Shown here: positions 63,587-64,000 of the stretch, in pieces
Numbering within the stretch: position 1 is the stretch's first letter
Layout: each line of letters starts with the position of its first letter
DNA from: Ruminococcus intestinalis
GTDB lineage: Bacteria; Spirochaetota; Spirochaetia; Sphaerochaetales; Sphaerochaetaceae
NCBI GenBank assembly: GCA_963648635.1
Contig: CAVJEL010000001.1
Span: forward strand, 4,444-68,443
Direction of reading: 5' to 3'
Length of the DNA: 64,000 nucleotides
Notes under the pieces: generated by a model
What the model was told of the DNA's origin: nothing
Databases searched by the model: none
What the model saw: the letters and a program-made list of their open reading frames with translations, nothing else
Position numbers and translations under genes: made by a program

Positions 63587-64000
63587 ATGGATAGAAAATA
63601 TTTTAGTGACATAGCACCTTATTTTGATGAGGATTTCGATGAAGCTATAAAGAGGCTTTTATCCCAGCGTGAATATATCGGGGCGATAGCCTATATGATT
63701 TCAGGCGGTGACCTCATGGCGGTATCTGGAACGGTGAAGGAAATAACCGAGAGGCTCGGGGAAGTTAAATCATATGACGAGTTCCAGAGGGTTATAACCG
63801 CAGGCTATTTCATTCCGCTCATCATCAACGGAACGATGAACTCTCTTACGATATCTGGAGGAGAGAAGCTAGAGAAGGACAAGGGATACCTCTTCATCTC
63901 CAACCATCGTGATATCATCCTCGACTGCATGCTTCTCGACTATGCACTTTTACAGAAAGATAAGGGACTCTGCGAGATGGCTGTCGGCGATAATCTTATG
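63587..64000 (+). CDS. Lysophospholipid/glycerol acyltransferase family protein, N-terminal part (runs off the window end)
   Basis: My translation is MDRKYFSDIAPYFDEDFDEAIKRLL...FISNHRDIILDCMLLDY, which contains an HX4D acyltransferase motif (HRDIILD). Confidence 0.65.
   Translation, partial: MDRKYFSDIAPYFDEDFDEAIKRLLSQREYIGAIAYMISGGDLMAVSGTVKEITERLGEVKSYDEFQRVITAGYFIPLIINGTMNSLTISGGEKLEKDKGYLFISNHRDIILDCMLLDYALLQKDKGLCEMAVGDNLM

Overview
This 64 kb window is a gene-dense (about 90% coding) bacterial chromosomal segment made up mostly of housekeeping genes. I found no CRISPR array, integrase, transposase, prophage or recognisable canonical defence operon.

**Likely origin.** The source looks like a diderm bacterium, probably Spirochaetota (Treponema-like), at low to moderate confidence. 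The evidence is an L28 protein with the KKKGG.GQHIGV insertion I recall from spirochaete L28, the presence of Lnt, many lipoproteins, and FadL/UPF0164-like and P13-like envelope proteins.

**Recognisable content.**
- Transport and proteolysis: two tandem ABC exporter genes, ftsH, lon, a U32 peptidase, a CDF transporter and a MATE exporter.
- Amino acid biosynthesis: proA-proB (with proC 5 kb away on the other strand) and thrA-thrC.
- Translation: serS, cysS, valS, rpmB, trmL, tRNA-Arg(UCU) and tRNA-Pro(UGG).
- DNA metabolism: dinB, nth, recO, recJ and a recQ-like helicase.
- Central and other metabolism: pncB, galK, ackA, carbamate kinase, a PGDH-like dehydrogenase with an Lrp regulator, and a PreA-like Fe-S flavoenzyme.
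- Regulation and envelope: lnt and an ECF sigma/anti-sigma pair.

**Less ordinary items.**
1. A G9 homopolymer sits inside the spacer of a sigma70-like promoter driving a Cys-knuckle/beta-helix lipoprotein. This is a candidate phase-variation switch.
2. A tRNA-bounded module contains an atypical ABC system abutting a putative barrel protein that carries a hierarchical TGTTTP/TSTTTP mucin-like array.
3. A yqeC-yqeB selenium-dependent molybdenum-hydroxylase maturation pair has no hydroxylase gene nearby.
4. A solitary AAA-ATPase-like/PD-(D/E)XK gene interrupts the proline genes.
5. A 59-aa Hc1/histone-H1-like gene falls below the ORF-track cut-off.
6. Several intrinsic terminators directly abut the next gene's start codon, and two palindromic operator candidates were found.

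None of these is proven. I cannot identify a clearly novel multi-gene system with confidence.
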